Positions 40,101 to 55,100 are shown, counted from the stretch's first letter. The stretch is DNA of 64,000 bases from Phoronis australis (GCA_002633005.1 NMRA01000181.1:568959-632958), one strand, 5' to 3'. Program-made: numbers and translations. Notes: generated from the letters alone by a model not told the origin.

Positions 40101-43100
40101 CGCCGATGGTGTCAATGTCCTTGCTGGTAATGAAAGTAAAATCATATCAAGGTAACCGATATTATAGATCGATTTTGTGAACGTTGTTTGTAAACACTGC
40201 GAAATGCAGGTTTAAAAGTGGGAGAAATGTAACAAGGAAACAAAACTTATGTTCAGAAAGTCCAGTTAAAAAGTTAAAAAGTGAATGCTTCTCACTTATA
40301 AGTTCATGAAAAGGATTCTAGGCGTTTGATCTTTAAACAAAACGACGTTGTTGACAGTTAAATTGATAATGGCATGCCTTCCAAACTCAACATGAACACA
40401 ATATGGAAGTTTATTGGTAAGGTAACTTTGACAAAAGCATCCAAGTGCGATGATTTTTGTGTTGTTTGCCCTCTGAAAATCATCAAAGGTTGACAGATTT
40501 GAGAAAGTATGAGCTTTGCTTTGGGTAAACAAAAGTGTGACTACTGTCGAAACTTCACGCTACAGGTATTCAGAAGATAAGAACGAGCCCCTGACAGGAC
40601 TCGTAAATTTTGTGGTCAGTTGTTCGTGTTACCGAGCCTGGAGTATAGTGACTCACGGCTTCTAAATTGTACACGGTCACATTTTAAGTCTGATGGTCTT
40701 TCATGTGCAAGTGACTTATTTGATAGACACCAGGTTACTTATTGTGCACTTCCTATTCTCAAATGGATGACTACGGTGGTGACCGACACAGACAATTATG
40801 TCTTAGAAAATCTACCTGTTTTAGATAAACAAGAGTCATTACTTGTCCGATTGCATTAGGGGACATTCGAGGTTAAGTCAGACAGAATTTCCTCGTCTTT
40901 AGTTAAACAAAATACAGGCATCTGGTTGTCACTCGTACACTCAGTGAATGTAGCAGCTGTGCCAACCACCGACATGACACCGATGTTTAAGTTTGAGAAC
41001 CCACCGGCGTAATTAGGCACAACTGGACATCGGCCTTTTAACTAAATTGTTTTTTAAAGGAAACGTCGTGTGAGGTATTGGTTATGTATCCATGGAGAAC
41101 CTTCGCAGTTCGTTTTACAATATTTTTATAAAAAATAAAAATTAACGACATTATTACATCATCTAGGTGGAAAAACAAATTGATTTCGTGTTGTCAGTCG
41201 GGGCATGACAGGCGTACATTGCCTGTTTACCGGGGGGGGGGGGNGGAAGGTAACGGTGTCAGCCATTCAAGTCTTACTACACCAGTTTTGCTGCCCCCCC
41301 CCATTTTCACCAATCGTCACCGATGCCGTGCGGCGCAGACCCTACTATTCCCACCACGTTCGGCAACGTCCCATTGCTGCGCCACTTAGCCCCTGGACAC
41401 GTGAAATGATTTACAGTCACGCCATTTTTGCAATGAGCAGGGGGCATGACCCTTTGCGACCCCCGGGGCTACGCCAGTGGTTTTGAGTTACGACTATTTC
41501 CAGCAGTAGGCATGACGTCATCTTTTTGACATTGACAGATTCATGCCAACGGAATATGGCTCTTCGCCCTGGGATTCGGTAGTGATGTCTTCAATGCAAG
41601 ACTTACGCGACAGCTGGTCGGCTTGAGTTCAGCGTCGACAGGCAAATCACCCCGCTACTTGAGTGCTTACTGGAACTCCAACGAATATTTGAATCTCGTT
41701 GACACGTTGAACGAAGAATCGAAACGTAAGTTATGTGTTTGAGATCTTTTGTTTTTAGAGAGCGGATGACAAGATTGGCGACAAGAAAATAACGGTTTTC
41801 GAACGATTCCTAAATGAGAAATCAGCAACTGAGCCCATAGAGGCTACTTGCCCACAACCGACCGACCAGTTTAAAGTCTGTAAAGACGTTTGGGGCGGTA
41901 CCTCTCCGTCCCACAATAGGTATACACTTTCCAAAGTACATGTTCATTGCCAACCAGAGATATTATGACAATTTCAACTTCTGTTCTACTGAACAGCCAA
42001 AAAAAAAAACGCTTGTTCGACAATGGCACCAATACTTTGTACGAATGCGATGTGCTCCAGATCACGTTGGTATCAGTTAGCTTCACATAAAAGGCTAGTA
42101 GGCCTACCGATTGTATGGGGTCAGCTTGTTCCACGTGCAAGTTTCCATGAAACACGGGAAGTGGAGGCACTGGTTTTTATGAGAGCTAATTTGTATCATT
42201 TGTGACACTAGTTTTAATCAGCAACTCAAAAACATATTTATGCACGTGCCACTTAAGACAGACAGGTGCAGAGATATGGTTTGGGACTTGCTTAGTAAAA
42301 ATGAAACCATATTTTAAACAGATCTTTAAAAGCGACATTATCATTTTTTGCGGTCGAAAAACACGATTATTGTTGAATGGAATACACTTATTGAAGTTAT
42401 TAACGTTGACCAGATCTCTAAAACAACAAAATCCATTTTGTTTTCGTGTTTTTGTCATAAAATTTCCAGATGTGAATGCACTTTTTACTCTGGTTTAAAG
42501 GTGAGAAAATTAGAGTCGTTCTCATTGTTTATAGGTTACTTCGAAACAAGACGATCCCTGTTGTCAAGCAAAGTCGGAGGAGTCCACAGTACCGGTGAAA
42601 CAGGTGAGTCTTGAACTCGCTGTTTATCTGTCAATGTTGAACGAAGCCCTTTGGTTTTAAAAACATTACCACGATCATTTCGATCGTGAATTATTGCTGA
42701 ATTTGCCGGCAGCTCTAAGTCACAGACAATGCGTTCATATACATACACCACTTTCGAATCCGCAATCTTAGGGTTGGCCAACCTCAATAAACTCTGAAGA
42801 GTTTTCTTGAGTCTCTGACGGTTTCGATATTCCTGTTGGTAACGGAAATTCACCTAAAGAAAATTATGAGATCGACTTTAGCTGGCTAAACAGAGCGAAT
42901 GCAACTTAAAGTTTTGAAGTAGGATCAGTATTTGGAATTATTTTTCATTGAAGTGACAACAAGATTGATATCTTTGATGTAGAAATTTACAAGATTTATA
43001 ATTAAACCAATATGTCAAATGCTATAATATATCTCATGATTGTAGTGGGTTTGTCGTGCCGTTGTTATACGAAAGTTTGAAGATGCATTTTTAAAGACAT

Positions 43101-46100
43101 CTCAGGGTTATCTTTGAACCATTGATAACAATCTTGTAAAAATGAACCAAGCCAAAAAATTCATGACAATCTGTTATTTTTGTCATTGTACTTTTGACAG
43201 ATTCAAAACCTGTCGAGCATTCAGTCATTGATGGAGGATGGAGCGACTGGCATTACAGCGCTTGCACGGTCACGTGTGGTGTTGGAATGCAGGCGAGATC
43301 TCGCACGTGCACAAACCCAGCGCCCTCTGGTGGGGGACAACAATGTATCGGTCAAAATCACGAAGCGGCGCCTTGTTATGGACCTCCTTGCAGAGACGAC
43401 GATATTAAAAGATTTGCGGGTATGGAGCAAAAATTCACTTACTGTCTGAGTACATGTTTAATCAAATCAAAATTGACAATATAAAACACCAGTAGAATAA
43501 ATCAAAGTTGGCCTGTGCAGCGATGCAACCAGAAACAAAACAATTAGCGAATTCCACTCTTCCCATTGTATGATCGTTTAAAATTACTGAAATTCGAGTG
43601 ACAGTTGGTAGTACAATGGCAAAATAGTGACCACTGATTGGTGAAGTTGTGATGTTATATTATAAATTACAATTCACTGTAGTTTCCTTTCATAGGTGAA
43701 GATTTCTCGCCGCTCATTTCAGTGTCGCTTATGACCCAGGTTGCTATTCAGTTCAACTCCCGTTGAATACTTATTACTGTGCCAGCGCTCTCCACAAGTA
43801 TTTCGCGAGTGTCTTGCGCCTAAGAAACGTGCCCGAGTGCTGTGTTCCGTAGATCAAGTTTCTGACGGAAAAGTGAGGTCACGCAAGTCTTCGCGAGATA
43901 CAGTAAACATACATAATAAGCGAGGCTCGTAAGCATACAATGTTGTGCCTCTACAGAACGCCCCCGTTGTTATCACTGCAAAAACAAACTGCAATTTTCA
44001 AAAAAAAGTCTGTAAACAAAAGAAAATTATAAAGTTCTTGGTGAATTCTGAACAGAAAGTTACTTAACAGTTGATTATTTTTCAAAACAACCTATCGCAT
44101 GCATCACAAGCACTTCCAATGCATGTAGCAGCCATTAATACTGTAAATTCGATTGATCACTAAAAGCTACATTGTCGCTACTGTATTGTATTTTATTTTG
44201 ACTTCTATTTTTTGTATTTATATTCTGTCATAATAATTGACAATGACTTTATTTCGCCCAGCTCTGCTCCTATACATCTCTGGTAAGGAGCTTGTGACGC
44301 ACAAGTGTTACTCTGGACATATGTCGATCATAAATGTAATTTAGCCTTGATTGTGCAATCCTAGACACGGCATGAATCGAAACTTGAGAAAGCGTAAGTT
44401 GACTACAGTGTGATTGTCCAAAATGTACTGTATTATCCCTACTTGCAAGCTTTATGGGACAGGTGGGGTCTTCTATTCTTTCGTTACTAAACATTCGTCA
44501 AAGATATGGATAGAAGTTTAACACTAAACCATCTTCGGTATTTTTTTATTTCCAGCTAGTTGTAAAGGAAGAAAAGCGGACATTGTCTTTGTGTTGGACG
44601 CGTCGAGTAGCATTACAAGGGATAACTTCCAGAAACAGCTTACGTTCGTCACAGAGCTCTTGCGGGTGTTCGATCTTGGCTTTGGAAAAACCCATGTTGG
44701 TGTTCTTCAGTATTCTAATGCGCCAAAAATCGAAATACCTCTTGCTGATCATACGTCTGCGAATGACCTCGGGAAGGCCATTCTCAGCATTGAACAAATC
44801 GGTGAGTTGCATACTACTAGTAATAATGGATGTGTTGCGAGAGCAATGTAACCCATTTCGACAGTTTCATATACACTGGCATGGCGGGGTTGAAATAACG
44901 AAAACATCGCTTTGGAAAGATGCAACATTTAAAAAGATAAGTGAATCTGTTTACTTATCTTCCTTTCATCTTTCTTGATTAACTGCAACGAATCTCTGAC
45001 TGTTACTTATCGACGTCAGAAAACTGGAAATAATGTATTGGGTATGTTGCGTAACTCGTTTATCGTATATGCACAGCACTGAGGGCTTTTTAAGGTGTTG
45101 TGTGTTCCCAAAGTAATGTTACGCGACTGAATTACGTCCTTCCAATGAAAATATCTCGCACGTTTCATTGATAACTATTGGTTTGTAATGCGTTCTACGT
45201 TGCTCGTCACTTTAACAGCAGGGATTTTGATAAAAATCGCTAAAATCGATCATTTGGTCATGTGCTAATAATACAAATAATGACGACATATCAAAGCCCT
45301 AAAATGACTGTGATGTCTAATCTAATTTCTGGAAGGTTACTGCATTTGACGTTTACAGAACTTAATGATTAAGTTTGGGTTCAGTTTCAGGTTTCCGAAA
45401 GCACACACAGGCTTTCCTGTGGGGAATTAGAAATCCGAAAATGCGCAAACGCACTGAGGAGTTCACAACGAGAAATTAACAGTTGCATGCAATAGAGATG
45501 CAGACGTCTATTTTGTTCTGAGGTAAAAAGACGTGTAAAGTTATTGGCGAGTTGTAGTTATTATTTACCTAACATGATTTTTTCTAGAGGGTGCAACCAA
45601 CACTGCCGATGCACTGCAGTCCATGCGAGAACACTTCTCGGCGCAGCATGGCGCTCGGGCTGACGCCATGCGCATTGGCGTAGTCATTACAGACGGTCAG
45701 TCAGCTGACGGCATAGCGACGACACTCGAGAGTGAAAAGGTCAGTTTACTAAAAGTTTGCTACATGCTGAAACGTACAAGGATTCGCGAAACGTTTATTT
45801 CATTCGAACTTCGGATTTCCTACGTTCAGGATTACGCTAATAAATATTACAGGAGCATAAAACAAAAACAAGGGTTCGTTTCCCAACGCACGATAATCGC
45901 GAGTGAGATCACGTGCACTGCTTGTGATATTTCGCGACATATTACGTGATTTCGCCATGCTCGCAAAAAACAGCCGCGTTTTGCACCTAGCACTGACATT
46001 TCCGCCTGTGCAACTATAGAATGTTCAAGTCGAACTCGAACTTATTTTTGAAATTTTACTTTATACTTTAATTCTAAGTCAAGGAAAGTGTTCGCTTGTG

Positions 46101-49100
46101 CTAGGGTTTATAGTTGACGGATTTCTAGTCCAAGTTTACGCTTGGTGACCCCAAGATCCGAGCTACAAAATTGAGTTCGAGATTTCGAGTAAAAACTCAA
46201 AATTTCGAGTTCAGAAAAGAACTTATAGTGTTGATGCTGTGGGTCATCAAGTGCAAGCTACATGTAAGATTACACAGCCATCAACGTAAACCATATTGTA
46301 CTTGAGTACAGAATAACAGACACTTATCTTGAAGTAGCACAAAGCTATAACAAAGAATATCAAATATAATTTCGAGTTCGATAACAAGTACAAATAGTAA
46401 ACCCCTGGCAAAGAGATTAAACTTCACGATTTAACTGATATTCATGTTGTAAAACGTTAACTTGCCCCCGAAAAGTATCGAAATTATTAATTGTAGTTAA
46501 ATTCGATCAAGGAATCATTCAACCAGTCAACTGATCAATCTCTAAATCAATCGATCAATCAATCAATCAGTCAATACGTCAATAAACCACTTATGAAGTT
46601 AATGTAAAAAATTAAGTGCTACAACTGCAGTTACGACAACATGTGACACGACTTTCTGTCGAGCAGGCAAGAGAAGCTGGCATCTCTATGTATGCAATTG
46701 GCATTGGCTACAATGTTGACGAGGACGAGCTGAAGGAGATAGCAGGCGAAAGGGTATTTACTACGGAGAGCTTTGAAACTCTGCAAAATGTGCGAGAGGA
46801 TTTCTTTCACGTCGCTGCTCGAGAATGCTCGGGAGGACAAGGTAATATTTTTTCTAATTATTTCAAACCAGACTTATGTACCGATCACGAAAGTGGACAG
46901 ATTGTACTGAATGTTGCAAGTTTTTACAACCTTTTGTAAACGCCAGAACTTACAGCAAATTTCGTGCATCATCTCCAGATTTACAACAAGATTGTACTGG
47001 TAAAAATGCAAATTATAGTAGGATTGTTTCGTTACCATATACTGTATGACGTATTCTGTCCCGCGCGCCTTTTACCGATTTTTTAAGTAAGCGCAGATGA
47101 GTGCACAATGTTTTAAATTGGAATTGTTATTTATGATCTTTTTGTATTTCAAAGTGGATTGTTCAGGTAATGATTATGCCGCATTAGATATAACTACACA
47201 TCAGTTTTTGTGCGGTTTTCTAACGGATGAGTCAACTTAAAGTCACGTGGTACTTTAAGAAATTGCTGCTTGGTTTATGCGCAGGGCTTACGTGTACATT
47301 TTCTTGAGCCGAAATCTGTAGCGTGAGATATACGTGCATGTGTGATAGTGAAACACAGACAGATGTAAATCTGGCTTACACCCCAAAACGTCTGTGCAAC
47401 TTTTTAGTGTTCTATAGTGTGGGCGACGAAATTGCCTGCCAAAATTGCTATCTCGTGGTCTCTACGCGGATAGGCCTCGACTGTCACCATTAAGTTCTAC
47501 ACCAACAGAAAGCGAGAAGTAAAATCTTTCGAGAAAACGTCTCGTGTAACTATTGGCCTAAACAATATGCCTACCAAGCACTTAAGAACTTCAACACACG
47601 TGTTTGCGCCTTTTCGTTGATAATGGCGCTGTTCCATCCCCACACCGCGATATTCTCATACAAAATGTTCTCGCCCACATTTAGTTGATTGGTCTTTACA
47701 TCTTCTTGTGACGCATCATTCAGTTGTGCTTTATTTCTAGCGAGTAGGCGGCGAAACATTACTGCGTAATTAAAATCGTTTTAAAAATCTAGACGATTAA
47801 TTGCAGGTTAGCCGCCTACCGCTTCTTGGTAATGCCAAAAATTTTCTCCGATGTCCAGTGAATGTTTGCATGGGCGGTACATGTACATGTGGTTTCCAAG
47901 GAAGGGCTGAGAAAATCAGTTAGTCATGTATCTTCACCAAACTCTGAAAACATGAAGGCGATTATATGTCGCTGTACCCTCTTGGTCTTTGATGACATCG
48001 GCACGCAACAGTTGTTGACATTTTTCAAATCGCTGAAGAGAATTCATATGCGTGTCGGCAATTTCCACCTTGTGACATTCACTAAAAGATCATTATCATA
48101 TTCCATTCAATTTTGTGCGACGTCTTGGTCAGTAATTGTAAATAAAATGAGATTTTCTCCAATTTTGATTGAATTGGATTTACATAATGTAGATATTTGG
48201 TCTCGGTAGAAACATAGCCTTTTTCCCAAAGTTCGTCTTCGAATTGACTGACAAGGTAATTTTGATACCTACTTTGTGATATAATCCCACTCATCTTAAC
48301 TTTGCACATCCACTTGACTTGCAAACGAATAGTTTGAATGTAACGCTAACGAATATCTGTAGACGCCATTGCAAGTAAAGCATTGTGGTGAATCTCGGTG
48401 CTTCTAACGATACGTACATGAATTTGGATTTCAATCACATACGAAAGAGGAAACCGGAATGAGAAAATCCACCGAGTGTACTCAACACAGACACAATTTG
48501 CCATGTCCGAAATCGTTACTGCACGGCCATTTGTTTAAGTTTGAAGTGATTTGTGAGCTAAATCTCGCCGGTTGTTTTACAGGAGGGGAAAACGCTGGTG
48601 TTGTCGACATATACAGTGTTTTGAGAGGTAGGTCCAGGTCGTTCGGTGTCTTGCGGCTTGTTGCACCGCCTCGTGTCTGTTAATTCACAATACCACAACT
48701 TTTGCTTTAAATAGTTTGGACGTTAACTCGAACCATTTCACTATGTAAACTGGCAATATTTCATTTTGAAATGGTACACTACATGTATGTAACGGGTACA
48801 CGACACATTCCTGCATATTTTCGCCTGAAATGTTGCACTTTAACCCGTTCCCACGATTGTTTCCACACCAACAGACCGAGAACGAGACACACGCACTTCT
48901 TATTAACAAACACTATAAACCTTCCTTCTATACCTGCTTTTACCCTGCTTTTTCTTTTCCCTCCTCAGTTCACGGCCACTGGGGGGCGTGGAGCGAGTTC
49001 GGAGCGTGCTCCGTATCGTGTGGTCGCGGAACGTCTTCTCGCATCCGCCACTGCGACAGTCCTGCTCCTAGCGGAGGTGGCAACGATTGTGTTGGCCCAC

Positions 49101-52100
49101 CCTTCCAGACCATGCCGTGTCAATCCTTACCCTGCGAGCAAAGAGGTGCACATTTGACATACGTTATTGAAGCAGGACTATTCACGAGTCAAATTATCTC
49201 TACTTAAAAGTTATTAAATATGTTAGTAATGTTTTGTAGCATTTGTGTACGTTCTGTCGATCACAACTCTGTTTCACCTAGCAACCAGCAAGTTACTGTT
49301 TAACAGGTCTCACTATCGAACGAATAGTTTATGCGGAATGGCTCTGCATATTTAAGCCAAATGCAAAAAACAGGTATATTGTTAGTATTTAGGTAAAAAC
49401 GCGAGTTTGTACTTCTATTATTCACGCATTTAATATTATTTTTCAGTTGATGGACAATGGGGAAGGTGGGCCAACTGGGGTAAGTGTGCGGTAACCTGTG
49501 GTGAGGGAATAAGGATTCGATCTAGGAAGTGCAACAACCCGCCACCTAGTGAGACAGGCCTGGACTGCGAGGGACACGCCCATCAAGCGGAACAATGCAA
49601 TGAAAGACCTTGCGTGTTGGAGACTGGTCTACGAAAAGGTATAGTAATACAGTGGCGGATCTAGGATATCACAAGGGGGGGGGCCAACTTGTCCGGCTGT
49701 AAGCATTTGTGCAAACCACAATTGTAGATGCGTATAGCACCGAATGGGGGGAAATTTTTCTGTTTTTTCCTCTAAAAATCAAGCATTTCCCTTGATTCCT
49801 GAAGTATTACTCAAGAAAAAATGCAAAAAAAAANNNNNNNNNNNNNNNNNNNNNNNNNNNNNNNNNNNNNNNNNNNNNNNNNNNNNNNNNNNNNNNNNNN
49901 NNNNNNNNNNNNNNNNNNNNNNNNNNNNNNNNNNNNNNNNNNNNNNNNNNNNNNNNNNNNNNNNNNNNNNNNNNNNNNNNNNNNNNNNNNNNNNNNNNNN
50001 NNNNNNNNNNNNNNNNNNNNNNNNNNNNNNNNNNNNNNNNNNNNNNNNNNNNNNNNNNNNNNNNNNNNNNNNNNNNNNNNNNNNNNNNNNNNNNNNNNNN
50101 NNNNNNNNNNNNNNNNNNNNNNNNNNNNNNNNNNNNNNNNNNNNNNNNNNNNNNNNNNNNNNNNNNNNNNNNNNNNNNNNNNNNNNNNNNNNNNNNNNNN
50201 NNNNNNNNNNNNNNNNNNNNNNNNNNNNNNNNNNNNNNNNNNNNNNNNNNNNNNNNNNNNNNNNNNNNNNNNNNNNNNNNNNNNNNNNNNNNNNNNNNNN
50301 NNNNNNNNNNNNNNNNNNNNNNNNNNNNNNNNNNNNNNNNNNNNNNNNNNNNNNNNNNNNNNNNNNNNNNNNNNNNNNNNNNNNNNNNNNNNNNNNNNNN
50401 NNNNNNNNNNNNNNNNNNNNNNNNNNNNNNNNNNNNNNNNNNNNNNNNNNNNAGAGCAAATAATCTCGGTAGTCAATATGTGGATCTTTGGAGGCTTACT
50501 GCAATGAAGGTGATACAAGATTTCATTATCTGCAGTTCCGTGCATGCTACATGAATTCATTTGCAGGACTTGCTCGAATTGAGCGAATGAGCCAAACATT
50601 TTAGTCTTTCAGTGGATTTTGTGTTATTTTTTATTAGTTATAGATTTGTCCAGATAATTTGACTCAAAAACCGGTTGAAGTAACGTAATAATAACGAATT
50701 GTGTATTCTTCCACAGAAAGCTGCGCTGGAGGTAAAGCAGACATAGTGTTCGTTCTCGACGAGTCCAGCAGCATATACCCGGGCGACTTCAAGAAGCAAC
50801 TCAAATTTGTGAACGACCTTATTGACATCTTTGAAGTAGAACGAGACGGAGTTCACGTGAGCGTAGTCACTTTCTCGACAAAATCGCGGCTGAAATTCCC
50901 CCTGACCAGGTACCTCGATAACAAGAATGTAAAGAGAGCAATTTCTTCGATTCGTCAAAGAGGTGGAGGCACGTACACCGCCGATGCTCTAGACTACGTG
51001 CGGGAGACGTCGTTTACCTCGTCGAATGGTGGGCGTTCGGGTGTCGTAAGAATCGGCATAGTTATGACGGACGGTGAATCGGCTTACCCGGACAAGACAA
51101 AGCGAGCAGCGAAGGCTCTGCGCGCGACTGGGACTCAAATGTTCGCTATTGGCGTTGGACCTAACGTCGACTTGCAAGAACTGAGAGAAATTGGTGGCGA
51201 CCACATGTTTACGGCCACGAATTTTGATGCCCTTGATGAAATCAAACAGGATGTGATTCGGACGACTAGAAGCACGTGCCGTAAAGCAGGTATATACTTT
51301 TTAATAATCATTAAAAGCTTATTGAACTTCATCGATGGTGGGTTGCCATTTATTCCTTCAAGACCTATATGCCGAGTTCTGAAGTGTTAGGCCTACGTTG
51401 CTTCTTCCCAAGAGTAACGCTACACATGGCTGATATCATCACCTTATGCTTCTATCACATGACCCAGCTGAAGTTTTGCATTTTGCTGTGACAACAAGTG
51501 CAATGTAAGTTCTGCTTCACCCACAAACCTTTCCCTTTATTTTCGATTGATTCGAAGCTCGAAGGAAAAGAAAAAACTCAAAATGGATTCATTGTCATAC
51601 AATACAATAAAAAATTTCCTTAGTTTTCTTATTAATTTCTTTTTTCACAGATGAGTCTAAGTTTAAATTTGACTCGACAAGTGCGCAATTTTTTAAGGTT
51701 ATCTAATTGTGGCTAATCATAACTCATTTAAATCTCCGTTTTATCTACCGCTTGCCATAAAAACCTCTTTTTATGTTACACTTGTATTAAAAAAAAACGC
51801 TGTGCTACATTCCCTTATCTATTGCTTGTCAATCACCGTTATTATTTACATTTAATCCTTTATTTGCTGACCTATTGTTTCTCATGTCTGTTCCTTGCTG
51901 GCAATCATTTTGCTGTCTCCAAAAGCTAACACCGATTTATTTCAAACAGCTACATTACTTGGGATTTCTATCGAAGGTAAGACTACTATGTGACGCTTAA
52001 GCGATGTACGTTTGGAAACCGCAACAGTTTCCCAAATTCTTTGGATTCGTTCAAAATTTTTTTAATTTGTTTAAAGCTCAGTCCATCAATTCAGAGACCG

Positions 52101-55100
52101 TTTTCACTGTAACTCACGTGACACATACCACAGTCACTCCATCCCATGTCGCATAAGCGTCACACGTTGTATACTGGAAATCGTCTGCACATTGTTCTTG
52201 TCATACGTAACTGTTCGTAATAAACATAGCACCTAGTAGATAGAGGTAGATCTCCACACATAATTCTTCGTGTTTCTTTGCAAACATGTTGTTGTCCGCT
52301 ACGCAGACGACAATACAAAACGAAACATTTTTTTCAAAAGATAGAGGATAGCATAAATAATTAATGCTGAAGATGTTGACATAGCAAATATGAACATGAT
52401 AGATCAAGGTCAATTAGTTTTAGAACTGCATGGAGCTCCTTAACAATAGAGTACATGTACATCTTGACAACGCAATGTCTAGTAACAAACTTAATTTGGG
52501 ATATTGTTACGAAGCTCCGATCCGACTGATCTTGAGGAAATTCTGCCCAAAACGATTCGTCAACATAGTTCGACTGTGTTGATAGCTACATGTAAGGCAG
52601 AACCTTCGCCTGATTTGTCCTTTTATTACTTTCAAACTGTCACCGTCAGGGGCGGATCCAGGATTTTGAGTTAGGGGGGCCCAGGGCAGAATGTAAGCCA
52701 AAACTTTGCCCATCAGACATTCGCACCCCCGAACTGTCAAATGGAATCTGGGAGAATTTTAGGGTGGCCCATGGACCCCTTATCCCCCAAATCCGCCTCT
52801 GACTGTATAACTGCACGGTACGTTTAACGTAGTTTTTGGTAATTGCTCGTATGTGTAGTCGTATGTGAGTTTAGAAGTGTCAAACGTTTTAATTTGTTCA
52901 CTACGCATCAAAGTGTGATGATTGGAACGACTCAGCACCTTTAAATGTGGATAACAAACTTAGCAGTTTTGGCTTTTCGCGCCACGTGATGCAGTCACTG
53001 CGGCAAGGCAAAACAAGTTTGATCCTGCAAGTAATTTAGTTGGGTTCCGTTTAGCATGCATATATCCGTTCTTCGAGTTTATGTTGTAATATCATGTATA
53101 CTATGTCTTTAACTCTTCGTAAAGAGCGTCATAAATCACTTTATAATTTCTGATTTAAGCGCATAATTTCGATAACAAACCCATCTTTGACCAATGCTGC
53201 TATATATTAAAAGCATGAAAATGGTTCCAGGTGATAAGTACGATGGGCCCACCTGGTAACGTCTTGTACAACGTGAATCAGAACGCCTGCCATTGGTTTT
53301 TAATGCTGCTTCGTGATAAACTTCTGTAAGTTAAATGAGTCTTTGAATTAACACTATAGCAAACGGCCAATGGGGTGCGTGGTCAGAGTGGAGTTCCTGC
53401 AGTCTAACCTGTGGCGAAGGGATGAGAACCAGACGGAGACAATGCGACAATCCTCCACCAAACCTGGGTGGAGGCTACTGTCAGGGGACAGCCATGGAAA
53501 CTGATTACTGCTATGGCGACCCATGTGGAATTCATGCAGGTTAGTATTCAAGCAAACGTGGTCTGCTCCGAGGTGACGCAGTTTTACCAGCCGGCTTTCA
53601 ACTCCACTGTACCATAGCAGGAATGCCTGCGTCTACAACATTGAGCAGTGCTGTGAACCATTCGCGAGGTATTTCCAAAGAAAGTATTACGGCTCATGAA
53701 ACGAAAACAGCGAATCTTCTGGGGATAAACGTATCATTTGATCCCGTGACTCAAAATTTGGCTTAGCCAATTACTCTCAATAGCGTCCATTTTGTTAACG
53801 TGCGATTGTAAGACCGCAAGTTAACTCGTGAACATCTTGAAAATCTTGCATTACACTAGCTTGATCCTGCGTGATTTTGCCGAACTCGCAAGATACTTAT
53901 TTTACGTACCCTTGTCCAATTTCCGGGTGTGCAGTGCATGTAAATTTTGTGTAGAATTAGAGCCGCATACCTGTTGTGGACCGCCGAGACAAGACACGAA
54001 ATTAAAAACCAAGCATTTATGATAAGAACCTATAACTTATTAGGTAAACATATGGTATGATTAATAGTAAAATAATGAAAGGACAGTTAACAGTTTCGAA
54101 TAGATCCAGGCAGGGCTGATTTTTACGAGAGGATGTCGATTCTTTGACTTCACCGTGAATTTCCAATTCATCCGCATTGCGTAATAGTCATTACTCAGCA
54201 AAACGATTCTCTTACACAAATTCCGACCTTATGCCATACGGTTTATTTCCAGAATATACACTCTATATTTCTAGTTGAACTATTATTTTTGGTGGAATTT
54301 ATATGTTTTTTTCAAATGAAGCAGCTGCGCGTCCGTCTCCGCCTGTGAATGGGTACACACCCGGGCTTAACATTTTAGAAATTACTGACGGAAACTGGGG
54401 ACCTTGGTCAGAGTATAGTGACTGTTCTGTAACGTGCGAGGTGGGCTCACGCTTACGGATACGTGTCTGTGACAACCCAAAGCCTGCCAATGGTGGTAGC
54501 GACTGTGTTGGACAGGATGTTGTCACATCAATATGCCTTGGTCCACCCTGCAAGAGTGAACAGCGCGAAGGTAACCCTACCCAGCATTAGTAGTCGTCTT
54601 CCTTGCCCGTTGAAGTATTGTAGTGCATTAGGTGACCAGTTGTAGAGAGAGTTTGTCAAGTTGCCCGTACCTCCCATGTTCACATGCGCACTGTCGTCTT
54701 TATCTCAAACGTTTTGTAGCTGCCGATATTCTGCCAGACGTTCTCAACTTTGGTAAGTAGGCGTGGGACACTTAACAGTCTAACGTAGAGCACTCAGGTG
54801 GTATGGACTAATCCCTGGAAGTTGTTTTACTCGTCACTGTCTTTTTAACCCAAACTCATCCTCTTAACATCTCATTAAGTCGATCGTGTCCAACTTCACC
54901 AAAAGAATATTTGTCCGCAGGCAAATTTGTAAAGAAGAGGACACGATAGCTTAAATTTTGGAGTTTCTTTTTCTACTGCAGGAACTGTTGAGTTAAACTG
55001 AAATGTTAACGCTTACCTTGAAAGATTATTGTAGCCGCAATCATTAGTGTAATTCTAAGTTTTGTCACTAAATGGACATGCACTGCCTGGTCATCCTGAA

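Noticed and set aside
49744-50599. Four long ORFs (226-262 aa) in the track
   Set aside because: Artefacts of the N run
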